From IMG/VR virus record IMGVR_UViG_3300045988_142718: a stretch of DNA of 64,000 nt; one strand, given 5' to 3'. Position 1 is the first letter of the stretch; the number at the start of each line of letters is the position of its first letter. Below the pieces are notes generated by a model that worked only from the letters and a program-made list of their open reading frames with translations, was not told the origin of the DNA and ran no database searches. Below, in pieces: positions 27,043 through 35,750 of this stretch. Source of the DNA: a virus. The position numbers and the translations under genes are program-made.

Positions 27043-28142
27043 AAGCATTAGAAGAAAAGTACAAAGATTACAGAGATTTGTATTACAAATACTTTGTATG
27101 GATGGGAGATGCTACAAAACCGGGAACTTACATTCCTTTATCCAGAGTAGACTTAGTAAACGGTTTAGGTGAAATTGGGGATGGTACCATTAATTTTGCC
27201 GAGCTCCTGACATTAGAACACCTTCTTAATAGAAAAGGTACAATGTATGCTACTGCCTTTACAAGGTTAGTATATGCTGCCAAGAATTATTTCAAGGGTT
27301 CCTTTATTACTAACAAAACCTATGATGGCTTTTTTGTGAGGGATGATATTAATCCATTAATGGCCGAAAAATTTAACCTTGAGTATATTGATTCGATGGC
27401 TTATAATTCATTGAAACTAACATCTTCAGAAGATCCTTGTTATTCACCTTTTGTTTCTCAAGATCAAGTATGGAACCTAATGTTGCCTATGTTCTTTACA
27501 GATTTTGGTTTACAGAACAGATTAAAATCAATCTTAGATTATATCATTGTAAACAAGCATAAGGTATATAATCCCTATCTCTCTGAAATCTTACATTATT
27601 ATACATTTTTACCTTCAATGAATGAAAAGAGGGTTAAACCCTGGGATAGGATTTATAACAGGATGAAACATTTCAAACCCAACATCAAGGTAAAAAGGGG
27701 AGCTAATAATTGGTATTTCTCTTATGGGTTTAGGGCAGTATACAATAAACTTGGTGGAGCTCAAGTTAAAACATTCTGGCATAAACTTTGGTACATTCCA
27801 TTCATTTGGTCAGCCGATAGAGTATATCATCCATATATCTGTAAATGGTTTAACATCAGAGTAAAGAGAACTTCTTATTATTCGATGGGATTATTTGCTT
27901 GGTATAATAAAGGTTTCGAAAAGAGGTACATAAAGCAATTTAACAAAGCCTTAGAAAAGGGAGAATTCTTTGAACCTCAAATATTACCTTATATCTCAAA
28001 AGAACATCGAAAAAACATAAACTTCGAAAAGTTCAAAGAAGTAATGGAATCCTATCCTGAATTGGATACCTCTAAACCAATTGACTCACCAGTACATTTC
28101 CTAATTTTGTATAATATTTTAAAGATGGATTATTGCATATAA
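27039..28142 (+). CDS. Hypothetical protein
   Basis: 367-aa ORF, translationally coupled to the upstream gene. Confidence 0.55.
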   Translation: MKALEEKYKDYRDLYYKYFVWMGDATKPGTYIPLSRVDLVNGLGEIGDGTINFAELLTLEHLLNRKGTMYATAFTRLVYAAKNYFKGSFITNKTYDGFFVRDDINPLMAEKFNLEYIDSMAYNSLKLTSSEDPCYSPFVSQDQVWNLMLPMFFTDFGLQNRLKSILDYIIVNKHKVYNPYLSEILHYYTFLPSMNEKRVKPWDRIYNRMKHFKPNIKVKRGANNWYFSYGFRAVYNKLGGAQVKTFWHKLWYIPFIWSADRVYHPYICKWFNIRVKRTSYYSMGLFAWYNKGFEKRYIKQFNKALEKGEFFEPQILPYISKEHRKNINFEKFKEVMESYPELDTSKPIDSPVHFLILYNILKMDYCI

Positions 28143-28155
28143 TATATAATATATG

Positions 28156-28165
28156 TATATTTGCA
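28156..28165 (+). promoter_or_regulatory. TATATTTGCA promoter element
   Basis: Exact 10-mer 25 nt upstream of the ATG at 28191. Confidence 0.6.
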
Positions 28166-28190
28166 TCATAAATTAAAATTCAATAAAAAT

Positions 28191-28919
28191 ATGGCAACAG
28201 ATAAAAAACAACAAAAACCAGCTCGGTATTGGCATTCAGAATTAAAATACCGAGACATTAAAAAAATGGCAATCGAAAGAGGGATGCCATTCCCCGAGGT
28301 GGTTTCTTCAGATTTTTATTCTCTGGTATCATTCATCGATTCTGAAAGGGCTCAAAAACCTAATCCAGATTTGGTATTACAATTTGATCTCTGGTTAGAA
28401 GGAATCTTAAAAGAAAGAGGTGCTGATTACTTAGTAAAACCCTCTCTCAGATTATCATATGTATCTGATGAAATGAGAGAAGGATCTAAGGAAAAACCCG
28501 CTAAAGAGAAAAAGGTAAAAGAAAAGAAACCCCCAAGAGAAAGAGATTCTAATAATCTTCTCAAGGGAACAAAAAAATCCTATACCTTTGAACTTGCAAA
28601 GAAAGGGTATTCATTGGATAGAATCAAACGAAGAGTATTAAAGAAATTCCCAGAAGCTTCTGAAAAATCCATCATTATCTGGTATAGACAAGCTTTGGGT
28701 ATTAAACATATAGCTAAACCCAAAGAAGAAAGAAAACCCAGAGTAAAAAAGGAAAAGACTCCAGAACAGATTAAAGCTTCCAGATTAAGGGCTCGAGAAA
28801 GAAAGAAGGAAAGGGCATTATTAAGGAAGCAAGCTAATGAAAGAACAGAAGCTTACAGAGAGTCACTTAATAAAAAGAAACGAAATGGAAAAAGAAAGAA
28901 AAAAGCCAAAGCCATTTAA
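28191..28919 (+). CDS. Lysine/arginine-rich protein
   Basis: The track start at 28161 is a TTG inside the promoter; the first ATG is at 28191. Long KE/KR-rich C-terminal half. Confidence 0.55.
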   Translation: MATDKKQQKPARYWHSELKYRDIKKMAIERGMPFPEVVSSDFYSLVSFIDSERAQKPNPDLVLQFDLWLEGILKERGADYLVKPSLRLSYVSDEMREGSKEKPAKEKKVKEKKPPRERDSNNLLKGTKKSYTFELAKKGYSLDRIKRRVLKKFPEASEKSIIIWYRQALGIKHIAKPKEERKPRVKKEKTPEQIKASRLRARERKKERALLRKQANERTEAYRESLNKKKRNGKRKKKAKAI

Positions 28920-29304
28920 AGTAAATGAGGATAGGATTTATGCAAATAAGTTCTATCCTTATTATTTTACAGAAGATTTAAGAGTAAACGTAGTACCAGT
29001 TAAATTCTATACTCGTTACCAAGCAAAGCTCACTTTAAAAGGGCAATTTGGAAAAGATTGGCATAAATATCTCAAAATTGCCACTGGAAGGATGATCCTT
29101 AGTAGAGGCTGGAAATTTGGAAAAAATTCGGTAATGATAGAAGGAAAACACCATCAGATTAGAAGGTATTATATCCCTTTAGAATGGAATTATAACAAGA
29201 GAAAGAGAAAAGTCTTTAGAAGACTCATGGATAAAACTCTAAAGATTGGAAAACGTTCTATGATTAATCAATTCTTAAAAACATATTACATGCAAACATT
29301 ATGA
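28885..29304 (+). CDS. Hypothetical basic protein
   Basis: Track ORF 28837-29304. The ATG at 28885 lies in a 21-bp repeat shared with 7650-7670. Overlaps the upstream gene end. Confidence 0.45.
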   Translation: MEKERKKPKPFKVNEDRIYANKFYPYYFTEDLRVNVVPVKFYTRYQAKLTLKGQFGKDWHKYLKIATGRMILSRGWKFGKNSVMIEGKHHQIRRYYIPLEWNYNKRKRKVFRRLMDKTLKIGKRSMINQFLKTYYMQTL

Positions 29305-29906
29305 GAAGTAATCCTAAAATATCATCATTCAAAGATCCTTTATTTTTCGAAGGATTATTGAAGTATCATGATGCTTCATATTTAAGGTGGAATCGATTAA
29401 CGGATAAGCAACAAAGGCAATTCAAGGAATATAATTTATTGCCGGATCAATTGAATCTTGCTTTGAAAGTTTTACATCGATTAAAAACTGAATATCAAAC
29501 CGAGAGTGTACCATTTGCAATAAACATCGTTTCATTGATCTATGATAAATACAATGAATGGTTAACTACTCAAGATATCGAAAGAAAACATTTATCTGAA
29601 GACAGGGCTCATAAAGAACTTCTATTCAGAGGATTTGTTTTACTTGATAAATTTCATGTAAAACCTAAAAGGAGCTATGTGATGACTGCTTTCCCAGTTA
29701 AGGGTAAATTTTACATCCATCCTTTCGAAATGGGGAGTAACTATAGGATGACAAACGGGAAGAGGGAACTTCCTCATCTCTGGGATAACTTTATTAAAAT
29801 CGGATTATCCGGGTATACCAGAGTTATCTACCCCGAAATGGAACATTTTCCCAATCTCTCATCGAAACAATCGAACCAATTAAAAATTGATTGGGATATT
29901 GCATAA
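29301..29906 (+). CDS. Hypothetical protein
   Basis: 201-aa ORF with an ATGA overlap to the upstream gene. Confidence 0.55.
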   Translation: MRSNPKISSFKDPLFFEGLLKYHDASYLRWNRLTDKQQRQFKEYNLLPDQLNLALKVLHRLKTEYQTESVPFAINIVSLIYDKYNEWLTTQDIERKHLSEDRAHKELLFRGFVLLDKFHVKPKRSYVMTAFPVKGKFYIHPFEMGSNYRMTNGKRELPHLWDNFIKIGLSGYTRVIYPEMEHFPNLSSKQSNQLKIDWDIA

Positions 29907-29921
29907 TAAATTTAATGTATA

Positions 29922-29931
29922 TATATTTGCA
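29922..29931 (+). promoter_or_regulatory. TATATTTGCA promoter element
   Basis: 24 nt upstream of the ATG at 29956. Context is near-identical to 38541-38575. Confidence 0.6.
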
Positions 29932-29955
29932 TTGTCAAAATAAAAATAAAAAGAT

Positions 29956-30207
29956 ATGGAAACAAAAATAACATTACAAAAAAACATATTAACCCAGAAT
30001 GCTATCAAGGTAGACGAAGTAACCTATCGCTGCAACTGGGCTAATGAAAAGATTTTAGAAGATGAGAGAGAAGAAAAAACCTTCAATTCTCTTGAGGAAC
30101 TAAAATCTTATGTTTCAACTTTCACTCCCCTGAATCAAAGATTATACAGGGAAGCTAAGAAAAAGAAACTTCCATATTATTTAATGAAACAACTCGAGAA
30201 CAAATAA
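29956..30207 (+). CDS. Hypothetical protein
   Basis: 83-aa ORF with its own promoter. Confidence 0.5.
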   Translation: METKITLQKNILTQNAIKVDEVTYRCNWANEKILEDEREEKTFNSLEELKSYVSTFTPLNQRLYREAKKKKLPYYLMKQLENK

Positions 30208-30241
30208 CTATCATTTATCAACAATTTAAAACATTACAATC

Positions 30242-30748
30242 ATGGCTAGAAAAAAAGAAGCTAAAGTAGAAGTAGTTAACGAAGTAGCAATCAGCAAAAC
30301 ATTGGTATTGGTAACCTATTCAGATGGCACCTCCGAAATCCGATTTAAATTGACTTCAGATGAACTTGAGAAATTGGTAGCTGCAGTTTCTCCTGCCGAA
30401 GAAGAAGATGAAGAAGAAGATGAAGAAGAAGATGAAGAAGAAGATGAAGAAGAAGATGAAGATGAAGAAGAAGATGAAGAAGAAGATGATGAGGATGAAG
30501 AAGAAGATGATGAGGATGAAGATGATGAGGATGAAGAAGCCGCTGCTCCTTCTCCCGAAGAATTAGCTGGTATGGACTTCGAAGAACTGGAAGATGTCTG
30601 CGATGATCACTCCCTGGATGTAGACCCGGACGATTACGAAGAAGAAGACATCGAAAAGTTCCGCAAGGCAATCGCCAAGGAATTGGGTATCACTTTACCG
30701 AAAGCCAAGAAAGAAACTAAGGCAAAAGGTAAAAAGGGAAAGAAATAA
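30242..30748 (+). CDS. Polyacidic protein (47-residue uninterrupted D/E run) with lysine-rich C-terminal tail
   Basis: EEEDEEED... run encoded at 30398-30538. Flanks have G/C-richer, expression-type codons. C-terminus is KAKKETKAKGKKGKK. Confidence 0.65.
   Translation: MARKKEAKVEVVNEVAISKTLVLVTYSDGTSEIRFKLTSDELEKLVAAVSPAEEEDEEEDEEEDEEEDEEEDEDEEEDEEEDDEDEEEDDEDEDDEDEEAAAPSPEELAGMDFEELEDVCDDHSLDVDPDDYEEEDIEKFRKAIAKELGITLPKAKKETKAKGKKGKK
30398..30538 (+). repeat. Coding microsatellite: GAAGAAGAAGAT x5 perfect (30398-30457), then degenerate copies
   Basis: Read directly from the sequence. In frame, it encodes the D/E run. Confidence 0.9.
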
Positions 30749-30765
30749 CCCAACTATAGGATAAA

Positions 30766-30845
30766 ACAAGGTCTGGGATAAAAATGAACACATTATTCAT
30801 CATCTCTAATTATCTCGTCTAACAAAAAGTAATCCCAGACCTTGT
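30766..30845 (+). repeat. 14-bp perfect inverted repeat with 52-nt spacer carrying the GGTCTGGGAT motif
   Basis: ACAAGGTCTGGGAT (30766-30779) / ATCCCAGACCTTGT (30832-30845). Confidence 0.8.
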
Positions 30846-30902
30846 AAAAAACGAACACATCTAAATTAACACATATCATTAACAATCAAAAATTAAATTA
30901 TC

Positions 30903-31313
30903 ATGGCAAAAGCTAAAGAAACTAAGAAGGCTATGTCTGCAGAAGAAAAAGCAGCAAAGAAAAAAGCTCGTTTGGAAGCTATCAAAAATCGTCCTGAGGG
31001 TCAAAGATGCAACAGCAAACAGATTGATGTAATCGGAACAGATAACGGTACAGTCGAAACTTGGGGTTACCCAGTAGTTGCTGCTCGTAAACACATCGGA
31101 GTTCTTACTACCACAATCGTAAAGGATAAAGACGGTAACGTTATCTCTACTGCTTCAACTTGGGTTCCTGGAGACCTTACCATCAAGGCAAAGAAAGGAC
31201 ATGGTATTATCACTGGAGTAAAACCCAAGAAGGAAAAGGAAGAAGATACTGATACTGAGAAAGATGAAGCTGAAGAAGCTCCCAAGGCAAAGAAATCTAA
31301 GAAAAACGATTAA
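30903..31313 (+). CDS. Basic, probably highly expressed small protein
   Basis: 136 aa with K-rich termini. Codon usage is like the capsid gene. Followed by a hairpin terminator. Confidence 0.6.
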   Translation: MAKAKETKKAMSAEEKAAKKKARLEAIKNRPEGQRCNSKQIDVIGTDNGTVETWGYPVVAARKHIGVLTTTIVKDKDGNVISTASTWVPGDLTIKAKKGHGIITGVKPKKEKEEDTDTEKDEAEEAPKAKKSKKND

Positions 31314-31347
31314 GTAAAAATAACCTATATTCGAATTTTTGGGAAAA

Positions 31348-31377
31348 GGGGATCCTTAACTGGGTTCCCTTTTTTTC
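31348..31377 (+). terminator. Rho-independent terminator
   Basis: GGGGATCC / GGGTTCCC stem (two G-U pairs), 6-nt loop, T7 run. Confidence 0.5.
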
Positions 31378-31393
31378 GTATAAACATCTTATC

Positions 31394-31597
31394 ATGGAAG
31401 ATAAAGAAAAATCAATCATATTCATGGCACTAAGCAATCAAATATTGATTTATCAAAGTAAACTAGAAAACCATGAATATGAAGATGAAATAGAAAAAGA
31501 GATTTATAAATCTATCATAGAAGAAAGTATGAGCCTTTTAGATAGGTTTATGCCCAAAGAGCCTTCATCACATCCAATACCCAGACCCACCTTTTAA
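31394..31597 (+). CDS. Hypothetical protein
   Basis: 67-aa ORF. Confidence 0.45.
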   Translation: MEDKEKSIIFMALSNQILIYQSKLENHEYEDEIEKEIYKSIIEESMSLLDRFMPKEPSSHPIPRPTF

Positions 31598-31634
31598 AGA
31601 TAAGGAATTATATTGCAGTATGAAAAATAATATT

Positions 31635-31644
31635 TATATTTGCA
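31635..31644 (+). promoter_or_regulatory. TATATTTGCA promoter element
   Basis: 23 nt upstream of the ATG at 31668. Confidence 0.6.
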
Positions 31645-31667
31645 TAAAGAAAAAATAATAAAAAAAT

Positions 31668-32033
31668 ATGGTAACTAAACTACAAAGGATCATCGATAAC
31701 ATCGAATTAGTAAGACTCAGAAGAGAAGAATATTACAAAGCTTCCCCAAAAGGGAAGGCCCTTATTCAAAAAGAGATTAATATCCTTCTCCGAAGAATCC
31801 GAGATATGGTACAAGATATTTCAAATGTTGGGAAAGGAGACATTTCGAAAGTTACCTATGTTATCAAAAATTCTGAAGGAACTAAAACTTTCGAAGAAGA
31901 ATTCATAGGATTAGATGAAGAGGAGATTAAGAAACTTTTCGAAGTTAGAAAATTCTTTACTGCTTCATCAAACTATGAAATCCTAAGAATCGAAAAATAT
32001 CATACCCAGATCAGGGAAATATCTACTAATTAA
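31668..32033 (+). CDS. Hypothetical protein
   Basis: 121-aa ORF with its own promoter. Confidence 0.55.
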   Translation: MVTKLQRIIDNIELVRLRREEYYKASPKGKALIQKEINILLRRIRDMVQDISNVGKGDISKVTYVIKNSEGTKTFEEEFIGLDEEEIKKLFEVRKFFTASSNYEILRIEKYHTQIREISTN

Positions 32034-32068
32034 AAACATATCATTAACACATTAAAATTCATAAGAAC

Positions 32069-32605
32069 ATGAAGGAAAAAGCAAGCAAAACAAAGAAATC
32101 GAAGATCCCAGTTCCAGAAAACCAGGAAGCTTTGGCAAAGGTAAAGGAAGTAAAAAAGGAAATGGAAGCCTACTACAAGAAAAACAAATTGGATCCCACT
32201 AAGGATTACACCAAGGATAAAAAACATGGTGCCATTATCTCCAAATGGATTCAGGTCTTGGAAGTAAATCGTAAAAAGGTAAAGGATTCCACTCCTCAAG
32301 AAATCCATCACAAAAAGTCCGAGGATAAAAACAGAAAGCCTAAAGCTGAAAAGGCAGTAAAGGTTGCTAAGGATGGTAGAAAGGTAGCTAAATACGATTA
32401 TCCTTTAGTGGATGGTAGAGAAATGACTTCAGAAGAAAAGAAAAAATATCGCATCAAAATGCGAAAAGAATCTAAGGGAGGTGCTTCTAAACCGAAGAAG
32501 GAAACTACCAAAGAAACCAAGAAGGTAGAATCTAAAAAGGTTACCAAGGAAAAAAAGGATAAAAAGGTAAAGGGTAAGGATAAAAAGAAAAAAGCTAACG
32601 ATTAA
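32069..32605 (+). CDS. Lysine-rich protein, member of a YxYP...KxFRxKxR paralogue set
   Basis: 178 aa, very K-rich. Motif KYDYPLVDGREMTSEEKKKYRIKMRKE. Confidence 0.6.
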   Translation: MKEKASKTKKSKIPVPENQEALAKVKEVKKEMEAYYKKNKLDPTKDYTKDKKHGAIISKWIQVLEVNRKKVKDSTPQEIHHKKSEDKNRKPKAEKAVKVAKDGRKVAKYDYPLVDGREMTSEEKKKYRIKMRKESKGGASKPKKETTKETKKVESKKVTKEKKDKKVKGKDKKKKAND

Positions 32606-32631
32606 GTTGGTTGCCATTTTTATATAAACCC

Positions 32632-32675
32632 AAAAGGGGAAGTATCCATATCTCAATTTGGGTCTTCCCCTTTTT
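32632..32675 (+). terminator. Rho-independent terminator
   Basis: AAAAGGGGAAG / CTTCCCCTTTT stem plus T-run. Confidence 0.6.
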
Positions 32676-32696
32676 CATTTTAAAAAACTATCAATC

Positions 32697-33548
32697 ATGG
32701 AAGAAAATAAAATCATCATAAAACCCAAGATGAGGATCACCCTATTGGATTCAGAACTTCGATGTATATCGGATAGATTAGTAGATCAGGCTACTGAATT
32801 CATGCAAGGAGCTAAAGTAAAGCATACTGATCCAATTAAGCTGGAAGTAGTATTAACTTCTAAAAATGATGTTGAATCACTTAAAACTTATTTAGATCAA
32901 CTAGTAGGTAATCTACCTATAAAGGTTATTGGAACCAGAGGAAGGCCTGCTTCTACTTCTTCGAAAGAATTAGAATCTCCAAGAGAGGATATTTATCTCA
33001 AGGTTGAAGAGATGAGTAAAACTGAAAGCCAGGATGAGATAATTAAATACCTTCGTTCATTAGGCTTTGTATTCCTATTAACCGAGGATTTCTTACATTA
33101 TTTCCCTGACTTTAAATTCAGAGCCAAGGATATTGGGGAAGCTAACAGAAATGGCCAATACATTAATTCCTATCAATGGCTTGTAAGAAGGATTAAGATG
33201 GCCAAAGATCCCAAATCTGATAAATATGATCCTCAGATTATCTTTGGATTCTATCTCAATGAAAGAAATCCCAGATTTGTAGGTTATCTCTATAAAGACT
33301 TCAAATCTCGAATGAAGGCTTATATTCCGGATAAAACTAAGATTACCTTTGCTTCATTCGAAATGGCGAAGATGCCCCCATATATGGAAGAAACGGAAAG
33401 ATTAAAATGGTCTACAGAAATGAGGCAATTAATGCTAGACCCAGAAAAGAAACCTTCAAAATTCTTTATCAGATGGGCTCCAGATATTCTTTTACCCGAA
33501 TCACATAAAGAAAAACTAAAACATCTCGATATCACATTCAAAGGGTAG
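32697..33548 (+). CDS. Hypothetical protein
   Basis: The track start at 32658 lies inside the terminator; the first ATG after it is 32697 (MEENKII...). Confidence 0.55.
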   Translation: MEENKIIIKPKMRITLLDSELRCISDRLVDQATEFMQGAKVKHTDPIKLEVVLTSKNDVESLKTYLDQLVGNLPIKVIGTRGRPASTSSKELESPREDIYLKVEEMSKTESQDEIIKYLRSLGFVFLLTEDFLHYFPDFKFRAKDIGEANRNGQYINSYQWLVRRIKMAKDPKSDKYDPQIIFGFYLNERNPRFVGYLYKDFKSRMKAYIPDKTKITFASFEMAKMPPYMEETERLKWSTEMRQLMLDPEKKPSKFFIRWAPDILLPESHKEKLKHLDITFKG

Positions 33549-33565
33549 CTTCTGCTACCCTTTTT
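33543..33565 (+). terminator. Rho-independent terminator
   Basis: GGGTAGC-TTCT-GCTACCC followed by TTTTT. The stop codon lies in the stem. Confidence 0.65.
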
Positions 33566-33614
33566 CGTACCATATAAAGTATAAAAAAGGTATTTATAAT
33601 AAGAATAAATTTTA

Positions 33615-33624
33615 TATATTTGCA
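33615..33624 (+). promoter_or_regulatory. TATATTTGCA promoter element
   Basis: 36 nt upstream of the ATG at 33661. Confidence 0.6.
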
Positions 33625-33660
33625 TTGGTATAATTTATTATTAATTTTAAACATATAAAA

Positions 33661-33825
33661 ATGGAACAGAACAAAGAAAAGACATTACCAAAAGGACATT
33701 ATGATTCTTTTGCTGCTCAATTATCCAAGGATATCCAAAGAGCTCAAGAGGAAATCTCTAAAAAAGAAGGCTTTGAAAAGGTACATCAATCTGTAAACCC
33801 AATTTCACAAAATTACGTAGGATGA
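33661..33825 (+). CDS. Small hypothetical protein (54 aa), below the ORF-track cut-off
   Basis: ATG follows the promoter. The stop overlaps the next ATG (ATGA at 33822). Confidence 0.4.
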   Translation: MEQNKEKTLPKGHYDSFAAQLSKDIQRAQEEISKKEGFEKVHQSVNPISQNYVG

Positions 33826-34283
33826 AATTAAACATTAGTACAGAGGTAGCGGAGTTAATCTCTCATATTGCAGATGTACAGATTAAGGCTCTCTTAGATA
33901 TTCAACAAGGTAATTACCAAATTGATGAAGAGGATCAGGAATTATTAATGCAATATCAAGCTACAATTCAAACTGTACAAAGGGAAGCAAAGGTTGTAAT
34001 CTCTCATTTCCAGGATATGAAAAGGGAACCATTATTAATAGGTATCACTTCAAATCAATTCCTATCTATAATGCGGCATATCCTATTTCGAATAGAAGAA
34101 GAGTATCCAAATAAACAAGCAGTTATTCAATTATGGGATATCTTCTTCTACATAGAAAGGGAAAGAACACCCGAAATCAAATTAATGGTCAAATCGAATA
34201 AAAAACAAAACAATGGGAAAAGCATTAGCATCAACAACAATCGAATTAGAAGGAGCAAAGACAATCCAGTTTCAACCAGATAA
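33822..34283 (+). CDS. Hypothetical protein
   Basis: 153-aa ORF. Confidence 0.55.
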   Translation: MKLNISTEVAELISHIADVQIKALLDIQQGNYQIDEEDQELLMQYQATIQTVQREAKVVISHFQDMKREPLLIGITSNQFLSIMRHILFRIEEEYPNKQAVIQLWDIFFYIERERTPEIKLMVKSNKKQNNGKSISINNNRIRRSKDNPVSTR

Positions 34284-34284
34284 C

Positions 34285-34539
34285 ATGGAAGGAGTAGATT
34301 CTTCTAATTTATACAAAATCTGTAAAGGTTATATCCATGATAAAGAAAATCAAAAGGAAATACCTTATGTAGCAGTAAACTTTAAAAAGAATCCTGGCCT
34401 TCTTTATATCTATGAGGGTATTCATCCAAAGGTTTATCAAGAATTCAGAGAAGCTCCCTCTAAAGGGCAATTCTTAAATCGAGAAATTATTCCTTCTGCG
34501 AAATCAACTTATAAAGTTCATGTACCTGGATTAAGATGA
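34285..34539 (+). CDS. KTSC-domain-like protein
   Basis: SSNLYKICKGY...VAVNFKKNPGLLYIYEGIHPKVYQEFREAPSKGQFLNREI fits the KTSC pattern. The track start at 34213 overlaps upstream by 71 nt, so the ATG at 34285 is preferred. Confidence 0.45.
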   Translation: MEGVDSSNLYKICKGYIHDKENQKEIPYVAVNFKKNPGLLYIYEGIHPKVYQEFREAPSKGQFLNREIIPSAKSTYKVHVPGLR

Positions 34540-34892
34540 GTAAGAAAACATTCTTTATATCGTTATCAGTAGTTCTTGGGATTTTATTCCTGGGAACTAC
34601 TCCCCCAAAGGTTAAAGAGCAACCCAAATGGGAAAAGCCAGAATCTGGGAAATGGTGCTTGGGATATGATTATAAAAATCATCGATACAGATATGATACT
34701 TCACCAAAAACCAAATCCCAGCCAACTAAAACAGTAATCAAAAAAGCTCATCATAGTTTCGAATTATATGAGAATGGGAACTTTACTAAGGAACAAGCAA
34801 AAGATCTTGAATATTACATTCAATCCCAGAAAAGTACCCATGATTACTACCCAGAAGATATCCAAGAATTAATAGAATATTATTTGGATTAA
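34536..34892 (+). CDS. Secreted/membrane-anchored small protein
   Basis: N-terminal hydrophobic segment FFISLSVVLGILFLG. Confidence 0.5.
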   Translation: MSKKTFFISLSVVLGILFLGTTPPKVKEQPKWEKPESGKWCLGYDYKNHRYRYDTSPKTKSQPTKTVIKKAHHSFELYENGNFTKEQAKDLEYYIQSQKSTHDYYPEDIQELIEYYLD

Positions 34893-34906
34893 ATAAATAA
34901 TATATG

Positions 34907-34916
34907 TATATTTGCA
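34907..34916 (+). promoter_or_regulatory. TATATTTGCA promoter element
   Basis: 43 nt upstream of the ATG at 34960. Confidence 0.6.
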
Positions 34917-34959
34917 ATAAATAAAAAATCAATTATTAATTAATAAAACATTTACAGCT

Positions 34960-35391
34960 ATGACAACGAAATCAACATCTCAGAAAGTAAAAGCAACAAA
35001 GGTTGAATCTAAAAAAGTAAAGGCTTTAAATCCTAAGGTAGAAGAAGCTAAAGCGAAAACTTCTAAAAAGGTAAAGGCAACCAAGATTGAATTGCCTTCA
35101 ACCAAATTGGAGAAAAAGAAATCCAAGGTAGCTAAGGAAGTTACTCCAGTTACCAATACTGCTCTCATGGAACAGGTGGTATCGAAAAGGGAGATCAAAT
35201 ACATCTATCCCGATGATTGCATTGATACCCTTGCCAGAAAACAATTCCGTCAAAAGGTAAGGAACAAAATACATAAAATGGAGAACCAACTTTTCAAAAT
35301 GTCGGATAAAACATCTAAGGAATATCTGAAAATTTCCAAAGAACTCAAGGCATATTATTCTGCCAATGTCAAAGAAGGTGCTGCCATATAA
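34960..35391 (+). CDS. Lysine-rich protein, YxYP...KxFRxKxR paralogue
   Basis: KVKATKVESKKVKA... repeats. Motif KYIYPDDCIDTLARKQFRQKVRNKI. Confidence 0.6.
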   Translation: MTTKSTSQKVKATKVESKKVKALNPKVEEAKAKTSKKVKATKIELPSTKLEKKKSKVAKEVTPVTNTALMEQVVSKREIKYIYPDDCIDTLARKQFRQKVRNKIHKMENQLFKMSDKTSKEYLKISKELKAYYSANVKEGAAI

Positions 35392-35402
35392 TATAAACCA
35401 AA

Positions 35403-35431
35403 TTAGGAGGATACTTACTATATCCTCCTAA
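35403..35431 (+). terminator. 11-bp perfect hairpin (terminator or operator; no T-run)
   Basis: TTAGGAGGATA-CTTACTA-TATCCTCCTAA. Confidence 0.4.
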
Positions 35432-35462
35432 TATGTACAACGAAATTTAAAAGGTTTATATT

Positions 35463-35750
35463 ATGGCACTTATAATCGGATTACCAGAAAAAGAGATTCA
35501 AAAGGTAAACAAAGACCTTTATGAATTACACAAACGAGTTATTCTCAATTACCTTTTATCAAGGTCTCTCGAATTAAGGTCCAGAAAAAAATTCTTCATA
35601 GTATATGGACATTACATTACAGAGAAAAACATTCACGAGTATTTCTATACACCTATACATATATTCGTTCAACTTTTAATCCGAAACGAATTATGGAGAT
35701 GCCGAAAATATCACAAAGATACTAACACTAAAAAACGTAAAAGAAAATGA
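35463..35750 (+). CDS. Hypothetical protein
   Basis: 95-aa ORF. Confidence 0.45.
   Translation: MALIIGLPEKEIQKVNKDLYELHKRVILNYLLSRSLELRSRKKFFIVYGHYITEKNIHEYFYTPIHIFVQLLIRNELWRCRKYHKDTNTKKRKRK

Noticed and set aside
30345-30671. 108-aa antisense ORF (H/L-rich) opposite the polyacidic gene.
   Set aside because: It is an artefact of the GAA/GAT repeat read on the other strand (CTT/ATC). It has no promoter or start context.
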